Source of the DNA: Magallana gigas | Taxonomy: Eukaryota | Assembly (NCBI RefSeq): GCF_963853765.1 | Contig: NC_088857.1 | Span: 56,358,001-56,422,000, forward strand | Length of the DNA: 64,000 nt | Direction of reading: 5' to 3' | Part shown: positions 12,361-25,860 of the stretch, one piece after another | How positions within the stretch are numbered: position 1 is the stretch's first letter | Layout of the letters: the number at the start of each line of letters is the position of its first letter | The notes under the pieces: model-generated | Database searches by the model: none | The model's input: the letters and a program-made list of their open reading frames with translations, nothing else | Told to the model about the DNA's origin: nothing | Translations under genes and position numbers: made by a program

Positions 12361-14048
12361 GACGCTATAATTAGACAGGTGAGACGGAAGGTAAATACAG
12401 GAAGGGCGAGTCCAAGCTTACCTGAGCGAGGGGTGTCTGACTTTTATGAAGGAATGTTGTTAATGGACAGTCGTACGTTGGATTAGTATATGCATAAACT
12501 TATAAGAGTAAGACCTTTTCAATCAGAAATTAAATGACATTGAATGCATGCCCTTTTTGATTTTTGGCATAGATGTCGGAACCGGGGGGGGGGGGGGGTG
12601 GTTAGCCAAACAGTTAGCGCATCAAAAACAACATTCAGTGTACTGTCACCAAGCTGTTTTCATTTATATAGGCTTACATCATGATGAAGTCTATCTACAG
12701 GTAACATTCGCGAGAGCGAGATTAACATTTGCATAACTTAACTCTCTAAATATATCTTTATTAAGGTAGTCCGAAACACCGGTGAAAATAATCATTTGAA
12801 ATATTTTTCAAATACGCAAAAGAAATGGCTTGATATTATGTAAGAGTTATAATTTTAATCGATTATCTAAAAAAATACTATAAACCGTTCCCATAAATTA
12901 CTCAAGGCAGAAAAAAGTGAGGTACATGAACGTTTTTTGATAATTTTAAAACCTGCATTTGAAAGGTGTTCATCATATCTTCATATGCAATTTGCCTTCT
13001 ATCATATCAAAATGGGTAACTTGTGTTCCTACCATGTAAGAGACCTGAAGTTTGGACACAACCATCACTGGTGTAAATTTCAAGGTCATATTAATTTAAA
13101 GGTCAAATATTATGTCGTTTAGGATTTTTATCAATGTTCACCTCCGTCAAATATACTGTAACCTCAATCAATATTTTGATTTATTTTAATTAGGGGGTCA
13201 TGACAATCATACTGCTAAATTTCAATCATTCAAATTTGAACCATAAAATTGTTGCAAATTTTCGTTTAAAATTGATTACAAGTGCTATTAGTACCTTATA
13301 TTACATCAGAAATTACCTTACATTAATTTTTTTGTTGTTGTTGCTTTCCTTAACGTTGCGCAATGATGCGCGTGGTGTCCGAAGAGAACAGGTAGTCAAC
13401 CATGCATCTATCTGTTTCCCATCCACTTGTTGGACATAAACTCAACAGAGCATGCGCAGATGCCTGTCTCCTTGGGTACGTAACCCCCTGACAAGTTTCT
13501 GTGTCTTGTACTCAATCAACAAAGAACAATGCGGCTGTTTTAAAATCTTTATATAGAAATAAAACAAGGTACACCAGTACAAAAAAAACAAAATATTTAA
13601 AAGTTCATCTGAAATAATTACAATGGGATGTAAATGGCAACGTTGAGGTGATAATTATGCGTCTATACATATTGTAACAAAGTTTAATGGGAAATTGATA
13701 ATTATGTAGATGTAAAATATTTTGTAGCAGAACGGTCTCGTTAATACATGCCCAGCATGTATTAAACATCTAGATACGGATGCTGAAACACTAGATGGTA
13801 GAATTATATTTCCAGACTTTGACCTGTAAACATGTACATTGTAATTCTTCCAAAAAAGCAAAAATAATTGACAGTATATAAAAATGACCATTTTTCGTTA
13901 TATTTCAAATATTAAAATGACATGGGACAATATAAAATCTATCATTTGCAATTTGACATAAAAATATTTAGCGCATTTGGAGAGCTAAAATGGAGTTTGA
14001 TAAGTGTCCCTTTTCGACCGGTAACGGGGTGCGTTCGATTGTGTAGTT

Positions 14049-16151
14049 TTAGTAGACTGTGGGTTGAGACCGGAGCATGTGCCCGTCATAATTCGGACGC
14101 TCCCCATACTTGTCTTCGAGGCGTGCCGTCATGGCCGCCACAAAACCACACATAGAACCAAACAGGGACAGAAATCCGGAAACCGCCACCAAGGCGTAGG
14201 ACCAGGATAAAAAGTTTTTGTCAGGAAAGTAGATCCACTTAGCTTCCACTTCCGGTTGATCAGATTTGACACCAAACAAAATCAAACAAACTGCCGAAAT
14301 AATACCTGAAAAAGATCGTTTATTTGCAGGATTATCAAAAGTACTTAAATGAAATGTGTTTACAAACCTATATTATTTTTTCTATACACATGATATTTTA
14401 ATGAAAATATACAAAGTTAGGTATTGAATATTTACAATTTAAAAAATAATATTTCATATTGAATTAATCCTTACCTCCCACGAGGATCATAATAGAGATG
14501 GAGAGGAGCGCCAGGAAGTTTGCCACCCCCGGACACACCCCTAGGAACACCAGCACCCCGATGATTGACCCCACCAGCTGTAGCAGCAGAGAGACGGTCA
14601 TCATCACCTGGATGGCCACCAGCCACGCTGTAACCACAGAGAGTCAGAGAGTGAATGATACAGGGATAGAAACAATGGCTGATGTATCACAAAAGTAACA
14701 ATCTAGTGGTAACGTGAGAGTCGTACAGTGAGGCAGGGATGGAAACTATTAACTGATGAAGTATCTCAAGACTTTGATTCAGGTGAATATGTGTGCATAT
14801 CTTCCAATTATTTCTATGAAGTTTTACTCCTATTTAAACAGGCTTTGGCCATGAAATTTCAATAAATACAAGAGGTCATCAGCTGAATTTGCAAACATAA
14901 TGATATAGTATTGAGAATTCGTGTAATAACTTACGTGGATTGAGCCATTCTCTGATGGGTTCATACTCGTATGAGAACATCCACCAGCAGCCATTGTACT
15001 GTTTTCCGTTGTAACTTGTCTTGTGGGAGAAGTCTTTGAAACAGGCCTCCCAAAGACCGAGCTGAAACGTACAAAACAAATACATACAGTAAATTTATAA
15101 AAGCACAATAAGGCTTCAATGTTGAAGAAGTTCACCCCATCCCTCGAATAGTACTAGTAATCTACATACACATTTAAATGCAAAAATGCAAGAACTTTTC
15201 AAGATTATAGAGCGTCTGTCTAATTGAATAACTACATGTAAGAGTTGTTTCACATCCTCTCAAGAATATTCAACTTAATTATTCCTGCTTAATTAACAGA
15301 GTATGGTGGAGGGCTGCAGGTTTTAAATCAATAAACAAAACAGAGTTATGTTAAAAAGGGTTGTCCTTTTTCGCATTCTATCTAACGATCCACTATAACA
15401 CTTAAGAGGGTTGATGATATTATTTTGAACAGGTTGGGATTAATCGCCTAAATGGGATATAATTATCAATAGCCCGTTTGGGATTTAATATCCTAAATGG
15501 GATATACACTCGAACTACAAAAAAATAGACATTTTTAATTTTGCAAAAATTGCATGCTCCAATGATGCTCGTCTTATTAAGTGGAAAATTGAATACTTAA
15601 TTAAGTTAGATATTATTGAGAGGACGTAAAATAACCACTTTAACTTAAAGAAACAATACAAAAATGTCGGGGTTTTCTGATTTAGCTCATTAAAATTTCC
15701 AAAACAAAACCCGATTTTTATGATTAAATGCTTTTGCATTTCGGGGTAAAGTGAAAGTACAACTATACATTCCAACATAATGACAACTCCCTATTCACAG
15801 GTAAACGAATTACTCATCATTTCAATCCTAGGATTCTGATAAAAATTATTTCCCGAATTGAGAAGAAAACTTGAACTTTATACAGTACTGATTAACAATA
15901 AGTCGTCCAATACTACATTTAATAGGGATCGCTGTTATCCTTAATCTAAACTTGTCTATAAAACACCTGGGGCCGACATTGTGACACAGTTTTACAGGTA
16001 CCCTGGTACTTACGCTTTCAAATCCCGACGATGTCCGGTAATTTTTATCCGATTCCAACCAAAAGTGTGTGGAAAATCCGATAACGAAGAACACTAGTCC
16101 GATCACATTTAAGATAAGAGAAAACAAGAGTAGCCATTTCACTCGCTTCAT
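14049..16151 (-). CDS. Claudin-like tetraspan protein C, 224 aa, 4 coding exons
   Basis: Exons 16151-16014, 15061-14935, 14627-14475, 14305-14049 (675 nt). The 127- and 153-nt exons match gene A in size. GFES|LGLWEACFKDFSHKTSYNGKQYNGCWWMFSYEY; NFLSWSYAL; ends SQPTVY*. Confidence 0.92.
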
Positions 16152-17150
16152 GTTTACAGTCAAGTTAAAAATATGTATACTATTTACGACACATTGTTAG
16201 TGGGACATTCCATTTATTCAGGTGAGACAGGGGTGATCAGGTTCATGATGAAAGGAAACCGTTCGTAAATTTATTCGACATAAACGTCACCACGGAAATG
16301 AAAAAATTAGCCTTCTATAAAAATTTTTGTTATCGTCTCTGTCTTGGTTGAACTTGCGATAAAATTTTCACGAATAAATTGTTACACTAACCTTCATTAA
16401 ATAAATCTTCACATTGCTCATGAAATTAATTTTATATTTATATACAAAATGTACAAGAAATAATATACTCGTCTAAATGCTTTTATTATAACAATCTTCA
16501 AGACGTTTATCCCAACACAAAATCTGACATGAATTCTTTTTCGTTGTTTAAATTATAATTAAGTTAAACTGAATTAAGGGATGCTTGCTATTAATGATAA
16601 CTTAATTCCTTGAATTTAAGGCATAATTAAAGAATCGTTCTTTTAGTATCACAATGTGATCAAAGACTTTCGAGGTGATCAAATATAAAACATTTCATTT
16701 TTATTTTTAATTTATGTTAGATTTGATCATGCGCGACCGTTTGTGACCACCTTATTCAAGAACTAATTCTTATTACCTATATTTATAGAATAATAAATAA
16801 ATAAAATCGATTTCTAATACCCAACAGACAAGACCCTCGAAAATGTAAATATTAGATGTGATAGCTACAGTGTACTTTATTTTTGAAAATAAAATAAGTT
16901 GTCATCTTTTTAAGATGGAGCTACGTCCATTTTTTTTATTGTATTGGTGGAAGTCATCGGATGAAGACTTCAAGTATTAAAGTTTTAGTTTCACCTAATC
17001 AACTATTAGAAAATTATTAGATTTTCAAAACCTGCTGAAAAATAAGTCTTCATTTCGGAGATAATAAGATAAAAGCTTCAAGTTGAAAATTGTGAGTATT
17101 TATTCCACGTAAGTACAAAACAAATAAATGATTAATAAGTATTAGATCAG

Positions 17151-17286
17151 TCAATGAAATCTGATACATTTGCACATGTTGTCATAGCAATGCCAAGTCT
17201 CGCCATGCTTCTCACAGGGTGGGAGACCGGTACAGTCACTCATCATTGAACACTCTGTAGAATAAAAATAGGTCAAACGGTCAGTC

Positions 17287-17317
<31 letters not shown>

Positions 17318-19447
17318 GACAGAGAGAGAGAGACAGAGACAAAGAGAGACAGAGAGAGAGAGAGAGAGAAAGGGGGAGGGGGTGAATAGATGTAAATACA
17401 GATTATATTTATCGGAATATCTTAACTTTTACTAGTTAGTTCAAATAAACTGTAGGAGATATTGATGAAGCTTATTTTTTAAATTCCAAAATAGTAGTAC
17501 TTACTTTGTGATGCGACACACGTGCAGATTCCGTGGACGCACGTGAGGGTGGAGTTGGCGCATGTTTCTAGAGCGCAGTCTCCTGAGTTAAAGCATCGCT
17601 CAGAGCAGACCAGGACTGTCGGGAAAAATCACTATTAATTAATCAAATTATGATGGATTACACATAAATTAAAAGCCAAACAAAATCTAACTAGAAGTCA
17701 GTTGCGTTAAAACTAATAAAAATCTAATTAAGTTTGGAGTACCAAGCCACAGCTCGGATGTAGAATTAAAGCGGTGACAATACCTTCATAAACGTTAAGT
17801 CCATAAAGATTATGAATTTTAATTGATTAATTCTTTTTTTTTTAAATCAACCCCCTCCAAAGAAAGAAAAATCTCCCGACTAATTATAAGAAATGCTTAT
17901 AAATTCTAATAGATACGAGTTATCGCACTTTGTACGCCCATGTCATAAAAAAACATAATGTGAAATAGGGATACTTTAGTTATGTTTATCAAAAACAATA
18001 TGTACTTTTAGAAGATCAGTTCGAGAAAAAACCCCACATCCTAATCCCTTTTTTAAAATTTATAATAATTCAATGTGTGTCAATGTATTTTTTTTTTTTT
18101 TTATAATGAAGTGATTTATTTAAGTGATCATAATTTGAAAAGAGGGTTTTTGTTGAAACTCTTACAAATTCTTTAGCATACTGTCCTTCCCGATGTATTT
18201 CAATTTATCAAATAAGATATACACCATGACTACTTTAGACAATACCATTGGAGAAGGTCCTGTTTGACCAGTTCGGTTTTTTTTTCATTATCACTGTACT
18301 TAATTTGCAACATTGCATATTTCTTTTTCCAGTGTTAAACGTTTACTCCAAGTTGCTGAATAACATGTTATGGAGGGAAAAATTAGGGGAAGTAGACCTT
18401 CTTCCTGTAATCAGTTAAATCATGAACTGGTAATTGACCTGTATCTTTGGTTACCCCCACCCCACCCCAGTCCCCATCCCCGTTCTTAAAGACGGTCAAT
18501 AGGATGGTATTTAACCCTCACTGACAGATCAGCTCTGGGATGGCGGTCAGAATACCAAAAGTATATCGTTATTTTCCTCATACTACATGATAGTTCACGA
18601 TCAAAGAAATATATAGTTTTTAGGCCTTAGACCAAATGCCTTATAAATTATTTATTGTCTACCCAGCCCTCTTAAAAGAAATGAAACATGAAGTGATATA
18701 GTGACAGTCATCGACTGAGGAGATTATCTTTCATGAATATAGAATAGAATAGAAAAGAATTTATTTTTCCGAATTAGGGCCTCATGGGGCATGACATATA
18801 ACAATTATGATTACATTTACTGACAATACAGTACAAATACTGTAGGACAGTTTGGGTAGCAACATTAGGCAATGGTATAATTTTATTTTAAAAATAGATT
18901 CAAGAATCAGCAGGTATATGCCTATGCATACATTTACAAAGGAAAAAATAGCTAGAAGTAAGAAGAGCTGATGCTAAAAGACATCGATTGGTCCACTTTT
19001 ACCTAAAGGAATATTTCAATGTTACATATGATATACAGGTTGATATTCAATAATAGAACAATGAAAATCACACACTGGTAGAGATATAAAATATATCAAT
19101 TTTTTTTTTTAAAGACTTTATGTATAGATACATGTGCATGGGCCAACAGCAAAGAGCAACACGAGTCGCAGTGCTAAAGGACACATCAAATACATTCTTG
19201 CTCAGTGCAATTAATAAATGTACACCACATATAAATGAATAAAATCCTAAATGATGACATTATAGAAGATCTTGGAAAAGAAAAAAAGAAAAAAAATCTT
19301 ATATACTTGTATTTATAAAAAGTCTGCGCCTGAAATGTTGGGAAACACCCCTTGATATACTACCAGGCCGTCCAAAGTAGTGTAAAATTAATCTAAAAAC
19401 TTACTGACTGCGAATGCGGCCACTAACAAAGACAAAAGAAACTTCAT
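17151..19447 (-). CDS. Secreted 12-Cys peptide, cvSI-2-like serine protease inhibitor (85 aa)
   Basis: Exons 19447-19405, 17615-17505, 17254-17151. MKFLLSLLVAAFAVILVCS-ERCFNSGDCALETCANSTLTCVHGICTCVASQKCSMMSDCTGLPPCEKHGETWHCYDNMCKCIRFH*. Signal peptide plus two 6-Cys modules. Confidence 0.85.
18737..19000 (-). mobile_element. Probable 3' terminal fragment of a LINE
   Basis: Minus strand ends ...GGAAAAATAAATTCTTTTCTATTCTATTCTATATTC (AATAAA plus TTCTA tandem tail); no coding remnant recognised. Confidence 0.4.
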
Positions 19448-19495
19448 ATCACTGTTGAACGATGGTCAGCGAGTCGATGAATGAAATTAAGCTCA

Positions 19496-19981
19496 TTATA
19501 TATCCCCAAAACGAGACTGTAATTTTAATGGTCACGATGTTTCCTAATCAGCAGGTCATGTGGCAAGGTCACGTATCTATAAATAGATCTTAGAAGAGAG
19601 CACCGAGACCATCATCATCAGAAATTAAACGTAAGCTGATGACAACTAAGTGGGTTATTTTCCATGTCATTATTTAAAATAGAAGAAAAGAGCTAAATGT
19701 AATTCTGAATAGTTGCCTTGATGTTGTAATATTTCTTAGTTTGTACTGTCAAGATTTGCTAATTTTTGATTACTACACTTAACAATGAAAATGTTTCGAC
19801 ATGACAGTTTTCTTATATTCCTATCTAACTAATACATCACGACCACAGTTCTCTCCCCTTGTCTAGGCCTAATCCCTTATTACGTCAGCCCTCGGTCCTG
19901 AGCCACTACACGCCGCCCTGGACACGATTATCCCCTGCCGCGCTCTCCCCTCACACCCTGCCCCGCTAATCCCTATAAGTA
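19496..19981. promoter_or_regulatory. Shared divergent promoter region of the two inhibitor genes
   Basis: TATATAA on minus at 19496-19502 and TATAAGTA on plus at 19974-19981, each about 50 nt from its ATG. Also TAATCC at 19870 and 19967, TTACGTCA at 19880, CAAGGTCA at 19564. Confidence 0.5.
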
Positions 19982-20031
19982 GTGGCTGACCACCGGACAG
20001 GTCTCATTCCTGTAGACTCCGGACAAAGAGA

Positions 20032-21937
20032 ATGAGGACTGCCCTACTGATCGCTGTGTGTTGTGTTATTGCAGGTACACCATTCAGCATTATATACCGT
20101 ATATATGTCAGTTACGTGGGCCACTGTAGCTCTCTAGTTGAAAAAATTCGGATAGACAAACCAGAGAGCTGCAGATCTGCAGAGTTTTATGCAATTCTGA
20201 CGGTCTTTTGTCGCAAACAGAATGCAATTATTAATATTTTTTTAAAGTCAATATTCTATATGTAAGTAGTATGGAAGCGTTTTAGTGCCACGGTGTGATT
20301 CTTTAAAATCCAACTTTAAAATTATATTTAACTTACAGTTTCATCAGTTTTCATTTTATGAAGATTAAAACATGTACATGTATTATATACAGTGTCATGT
20401 ATCTAATCAAATCAATGTTTTCAGAGTAATATATGTAAAATATGACTGAGTTGTTAATGAAATGTAAGTGTAAGTATGAGCACACGAATGAAATCAAGGA
20501 CTTGCAATTTGTATATTATTAATTGTCCCTTTATCTACATCTTAAACTTTGATAAAGATAACAAATTAAAAGACATTCGTCTGAAATTGAAAAACATATC
20601 GTACATATTAAAAGAAAATTAAAATTGAAATTTCTATGATTAAAGTTGGCAAAAAAAAAATTACAACGTGGCATTAATTTATACGCTTCCATACATATGA
20701 ATGAAAAGCGTAGCATTTAACATCCTTGAAAATACACGTATGAAAATTATTTCAGCATCTTCTTAATTATGACAATAAATCATTAGATACACTTAAAATC
20801 GAAATGCTAATTTAAAACCAAAATATAAATGCATGAATCATCTTATACTCAGTACCTTATAAAGCAGGTCAAAAATGGGCAGGAAGATGTTTTAATTTTT
20901 TAAAAGAATGTAACGTGTAGTATATTTAAAAGATCATTCCAACCCATCAAATAGCTATCCACCTTCAAAAGGTCATATCAAAATACGCAATGATCTTAAA
21001 ATTTTCAACAAAAAGTGAATGAGAGCAATGCATACACATTCATGTATAATTATTCCGGATTTTAGTCTGGCATTTTCACAACGATCCCTATCATTTTAAT
21101 ATGTATTTTTTAACACCCAATCTAAACAATTTGCCTGCCTAAAAAATAATTATCCGTTTCTTATCAGCCTTTGTTGCTGGTGAGAAATGTACCGGAAGTG
21201 GTGACTGCGCCCTGGAGAATTGCGCAGACGGCTCCTACATTGCCTGTGTTCAGGGACTGTGCACGTGCGTGAGGGAGAGACGTAAGTATACCCCAGCCGT
21301 CACTGACATATAATAGTCGAAGTCCAAAGTACACGGTGTATAAAACATAAAAAGGGGCAAAGTCCAAAGTATCATTTAGTGCATAAAAGTCTTCAACTAA
21401 CATGTATCTATTCGGACGACACCAACCATTTCCAAATTCATTGAATTTACCTTACAACTTGTTTCATCTCCCTTTGTTTACGTTTAATTCATACCCCGAT
21501 TGAATTCGATTATTAAATATTTCAAAAGCAAACAATTGCAAAATTCCATAATATGTTTAAATATATGCATGAATATTACCCAAACATATTTGACTGAATG
21601 AACTATATTTAATTTTATAGATTGGGTTTTCTACACTGTGTTATGATCTCTGTCCTGACATTATCTATCCCCCTTCCAAGTTAATTAATCGTTTACCTAC
21701 ATGTATAATAGTATCGTTAAGTAGGCGATTAGTTGTTTTTTTTCATAACTACATGTAGATAAGGTCAGTCGTCTATGGTTTCTCTCACTCTGTATGTCTG
21801 TCTGTGTGTCTGATTCGTTATTTTCGGGTTCCTGTACAGGTTGCCGGGGACTTCGGGACTGTTACGGACTTCCCGCCTGTCAGGGCGACGCCTCGTGGCA
21901 CTGCTTCGACAACGTCTGTAAATGTATCGACATCTGA
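20032..21937 (+). CDS. Secreted 12-Cys peptide, cvSI-2-like serine protease inhibitor (84 aa)
   Basis: Exons 20032-20074, 21168-21281, 21840-21937. MRTALLIAVCCVIAAFVAG-EKCTGSGDCALENCADGSYIACVQGLCTCVRERRCRGLRDCYGLPACQGDASWHCFDNVCKCIDI*. Confidence 0.87.
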
Positions 21938-22696
21938 GGCCACATCATTCACAAATCAAATCATTGTAAACCATTGAACAAGTTAATAAAATTTGAACTC
22001 TCCTTCCATTTTCTGCTGTCCTTAGTTTTTTGTTGTTTTTTTGTTGTTTTATAAATGAAACTCAATCGGAACTTCTCGGGCCTTTCATCTGTTTTCCGAG
22101 CCTGCCGGAAAGGCCCGAGAAGTTGCGATTGAATTAAAACTTTGATGCATAAAATTATGCAATCGGCAATCCTCGGCTGATTCCGCTACGCTCCATACAA
22201 ATTGTCGAGTGCGCGAGACATCCGAGTAGTTCCGAGTTTAAAATTATGTGGGTGTATTCTTAGAAAATGCGAAATGAAGCGTCTTCCTTACTTGCATGGG
22301 TGTTTTATGCTGAACAAGTATCAAGTTGTCCTATTCCCGGATTCTATGGGAATTCTATTTTCATGATGAAAGAATGTGGTTATCAAAAGAAAAAATTCAT
22401 GTCCCAATGATCATCAGCAAATATTAAATTCAAGACATATGCAGTTCAAAATAGTGGTAACTATTGGTTTTTAAGAATTTTCTAAATTGAATGTTTATCT
22501 TATTTGTGCTGCTTTCAATAATTTTCAATTTCACACAGTGAAGAAAAAACTATTTGGCATCTTTGCAAGCCAAGGGTTTACGTACGATCCACTCTGCTTC
22601 TTTACTATGATAAATGTAAATTGTTATTTATAATGTACTATCATTTAAATGTAGATATATGTAATGCACTATTATTTAAGGTATTTAAACAATAAG

Positions 22697-22801
22697 ATGC
22701 TTTCTTCGGTGATTCATTCGGGATATGAAGGTAGCGACATGTACATTTTTTCTGCAATGATCGCTACCTTCATAACCCGCATTAATCACCAAAGAAAGCA
22801 T
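22697..22801. repeat. Long imperfect hairpin (dispersed repeat core); another near 22065-22135
   Basis: Arms ATGCTTTCTTCGGTGATT...GAAGGTAGCGA (22697-22737) and TCGCTACCTTC...AATCACCAAAGAAAGCAT (22761-22801). Confidence 0.7.
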
Positions 22802-23283
22802 TTTATTTTAACATCTATCTTTTAACTAATTAATAAATTGATTATGAAATGTAAGTAAAATTCACCAAATTATTGTTAAACATAAGTACATAACTTGATG
22901 ACGTCAGACTTTGAGTCTGACATCATCAAGAATATTTCGTGCAGTCCGTGATTTTTCTTAGGTCGCTGTAGGTTTCGACCAATCGATAAACAGGGCGTGC
23001 ATATTTCTGTGGAGCTTTGATTTGACTTATACAGTTTCCGTAAGAAATAGAGGGAATAACACTTGGTAGATGTAAATATATTGTTATATTTGATATACTA
23101 TTATTTAAATGCATTTTGTGTTATTGTTGCATACGCGTTATGTAATGTACTATTTTCCCCTTGCAACTTTTGTATCTTTTTGCGTCTCTTTTAAGAATGC
23201 GATGACGTAACACTTTCTAAGATTAATCTATTATAAATATATATTTCGTTAGCCCACATTCTAACTCCCACTCCGATCACTGC

Positions 23284-24078
23284 CAAGGCCTTAACTACCA
23301 TTGAGGCAAGTGAGGCAAATGCCTCACTGAAAATTTTGAGATTTATTTCTTTTTATTATGTTAAAAGGCCTTTGAAGTTTCATCTTTTTTTTTAAATTTG
23401 TACTGTTAATTAATGAATTATTTCAAGCATTAGTTCCCATTTCCGGAAATCGAACACTCCACTGTAGGTGTGTTTGATCATTTCGTCATTTATGCATAGT
23501 GTACAATGACGTAATGAAAATATGGATCTGTGGTTGAAAACAGGATCTTGTAGAAAGTCAAGTGATTCTGTTCCAGAAAAAGGTTGGTGTTGATATTTAT
23601 GATACCAATGAGTCATCGGAAACCTAGATAGATCAACATGTCATACTTAATACATACATTGTATGTCATTGTGTCCATTAGGTCTAACATATTGCGTAAT
23701 TAAACTTGGCCTTTAGCATAGGGGTTTAGTTTTCTCCAGGTGTAAAATACTGATCGTATTTTTTATATTCTCAAGAGGTTTGGTGAAACTGGACATAGAA
23801 AAATTGGTCAGCTGCAGTTCGATAACCAGTAATAAAAATTATACAAATTTTTTATAACTGGTTATCGAACATCACATAAAACACCATACAATCTGAAAAA
23901 TAAACACAGAAAAACATTAAAGTATAATCTTTATTTTTGCGAAAACCCAGGAGCTTCCGGGGGGCTTCGCCATCTTGGTCCCCCAACCAGGGCGCTGCCC
24001 TGGACCCGCTGGGGTCCGGACCTAGGCGGTCCCCAGACCCCTCGCCTCACTAAAAATATAGGTCTAGTTACGGCCTTG
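23284..24078. mobile_element. Non-autonomous TIR element with 5-bp TSD (hAT-like ends)
   Basis: CAAGGCCTTAACTA ... TAGTTACGGCCTTG, flanked on both sides by ACTGC; GC-rich segment 23940-24050 resembles the inverted segment near 49960-50030. Confidence 0.65.
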
Positions 24079-24089
24079 ACTGCCACACC

Positions 24090-24757
24090 CACAGGGGCTC
24101 GGTTGTCAGACACTGAAATTTATAACAATTTATTCCCGAATAAAAAAATATACATAAATGGTCATTCAATGTATGTTCTATGGTATCGAAATAAAATCCA
24201 CCGTTAAAATCGCCATTTATCGTCGTTTTAAAAAATGTGTATCACGTGTACATTTAAAAAAATCCAAGATGGCGAGTGTCGTCCCATTACTTATTTTTAA
24301 ATGCACTGTACATAGGATACACATTTATTAAAACGTCGATAAAGGGCGATTTTATTTCGATACCATAGAACATATATTGAATGACTATTTATGTATATCT
24401 TTTTTTAATTTAAGGAATGAATTCGCGGTTTATAAAGCGTAAACTGCCCCAAACCATTTTATATAGTATAAAACTAATAAATATTGAATTCATTGCTTAT
24501 AATTTATTTTTTTTTACTCTTCATTGTAGATAAAAACGGTCATTTGACCTTTAAAATGACGTAAAATTGTACAAAATTCAAATGTAACGTCATGCGTATT
24601 GATACGTTTTTGACGTTAGTCTTTCTAAGACGTAGGCAACATTCTTTAAACGATATAAAATAATTTTCTAGCCAATCAGAAAACGCGTTACAACCAGAAT
24701 TAAATTATTCGGGAATAATTGTTATAAATTTCAGTGTCTGACAACCGAGCCCCTGTG
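24090..24757. mobile_element. Non-autonomous element with 39-bp perfect TIR and an internal 260-bp hairpin
   Basis: CACAGGGGCTCGGTTGTCAGACACTGAAATTTATAACAA at both ends, inverted; internal palindrome about 24140-24405; no TSD seen. Confidence 0.7.
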
Positions 24758-25860
24758 ATTTGAAGAGCCTTCATCGCAAACCATGGCCAATCTATATCCG
24801 ATTTACATGCGCTTTTGTTTCAGTTTGTACATTATTTTATCATATCGAAAAATATATGAATATACAGTTAAAATATTCCACCACCAACAACATAATTCCA
24901 TTGGCACCCCCCCCCCCCTTAAATTTTTTTTTTAAAAAGTGGAAAACAAAACAAAGAATACATTTGTACCGCGTCTCTAATTCGTGTATATTGTACAGTT
25001 GAAAACTGCACCCTTAAAGTACAAATGTACTTATTTGCACTTCCTTTGTTTTGTTTAACCCATTCACTAATGAGTGAAGTTTATACCAGCTTTTTCTGGT
25101 CAAATCCGGGGTGAACCAAACATGGGTAATCGAATGCTCAGAGCTCTGATCACTGAATGATAGAAAATTAAATAAACAAATAATTTTCAATAAATATTTA
25201 AAAAAATAATTTGTGCCAAAATCGGAATGAATAATTAAATCAAATAATTTTTTTTTAGAATTAAGAGCATCTTACTCAGTATATTGGTAGGAGAATCACT
25301 TAAATGTATATCCGACATATATCCAATAGCATTATTTCTATCAATCCTAAAATAGTGATAGTTAAGATTTGTTAATTCTATACAACTTACAAATGTATTT
25401 AACGTTGATAACAGTAAAATGTTAATTAATTGACGGTAGGGCAAGATAAAGTGTTTTACTTTTACATGTACATGTATTACGTCGTTTCCTAACAGTGACG
25501 AATTTTTCCAATAAAGATCAGTTGAACTGAACTTTGTTCTCTTACAGGAAATTATTACGCAGGGAAAACTGCACAAAAATTTTGTCTAAAACGTAATATA
25601 ACTTTTCCCCGACAAAATAAATTATGCCGCTCTGCGCGCGCACTGCTGGGAAGTTTCCCCGATCGTTTCGTTTCTATAGTAAAGAACGCCGCACATTCAC
25701 GTGCCGCGTGATATCCTTCATCGATATTTAAAAACACCGGCTTTAGCAGGCTCGATCCATCCTTCGACCACGTGACTTCCCCCAAACCAGATGTAAACAA
25801 AGCTCACAGAAACTTTAACTTCCAATGTAAGAAGCAGGAGAAAAATTAAATTTTTGAAAA

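Noticed and set aside
12767-13515. Possible Kolobok-like element starting TTAA|GGTAGTCCGAAACAC
   Set aside because: The right end is only a degenerate match and lacks the TTAA TSD
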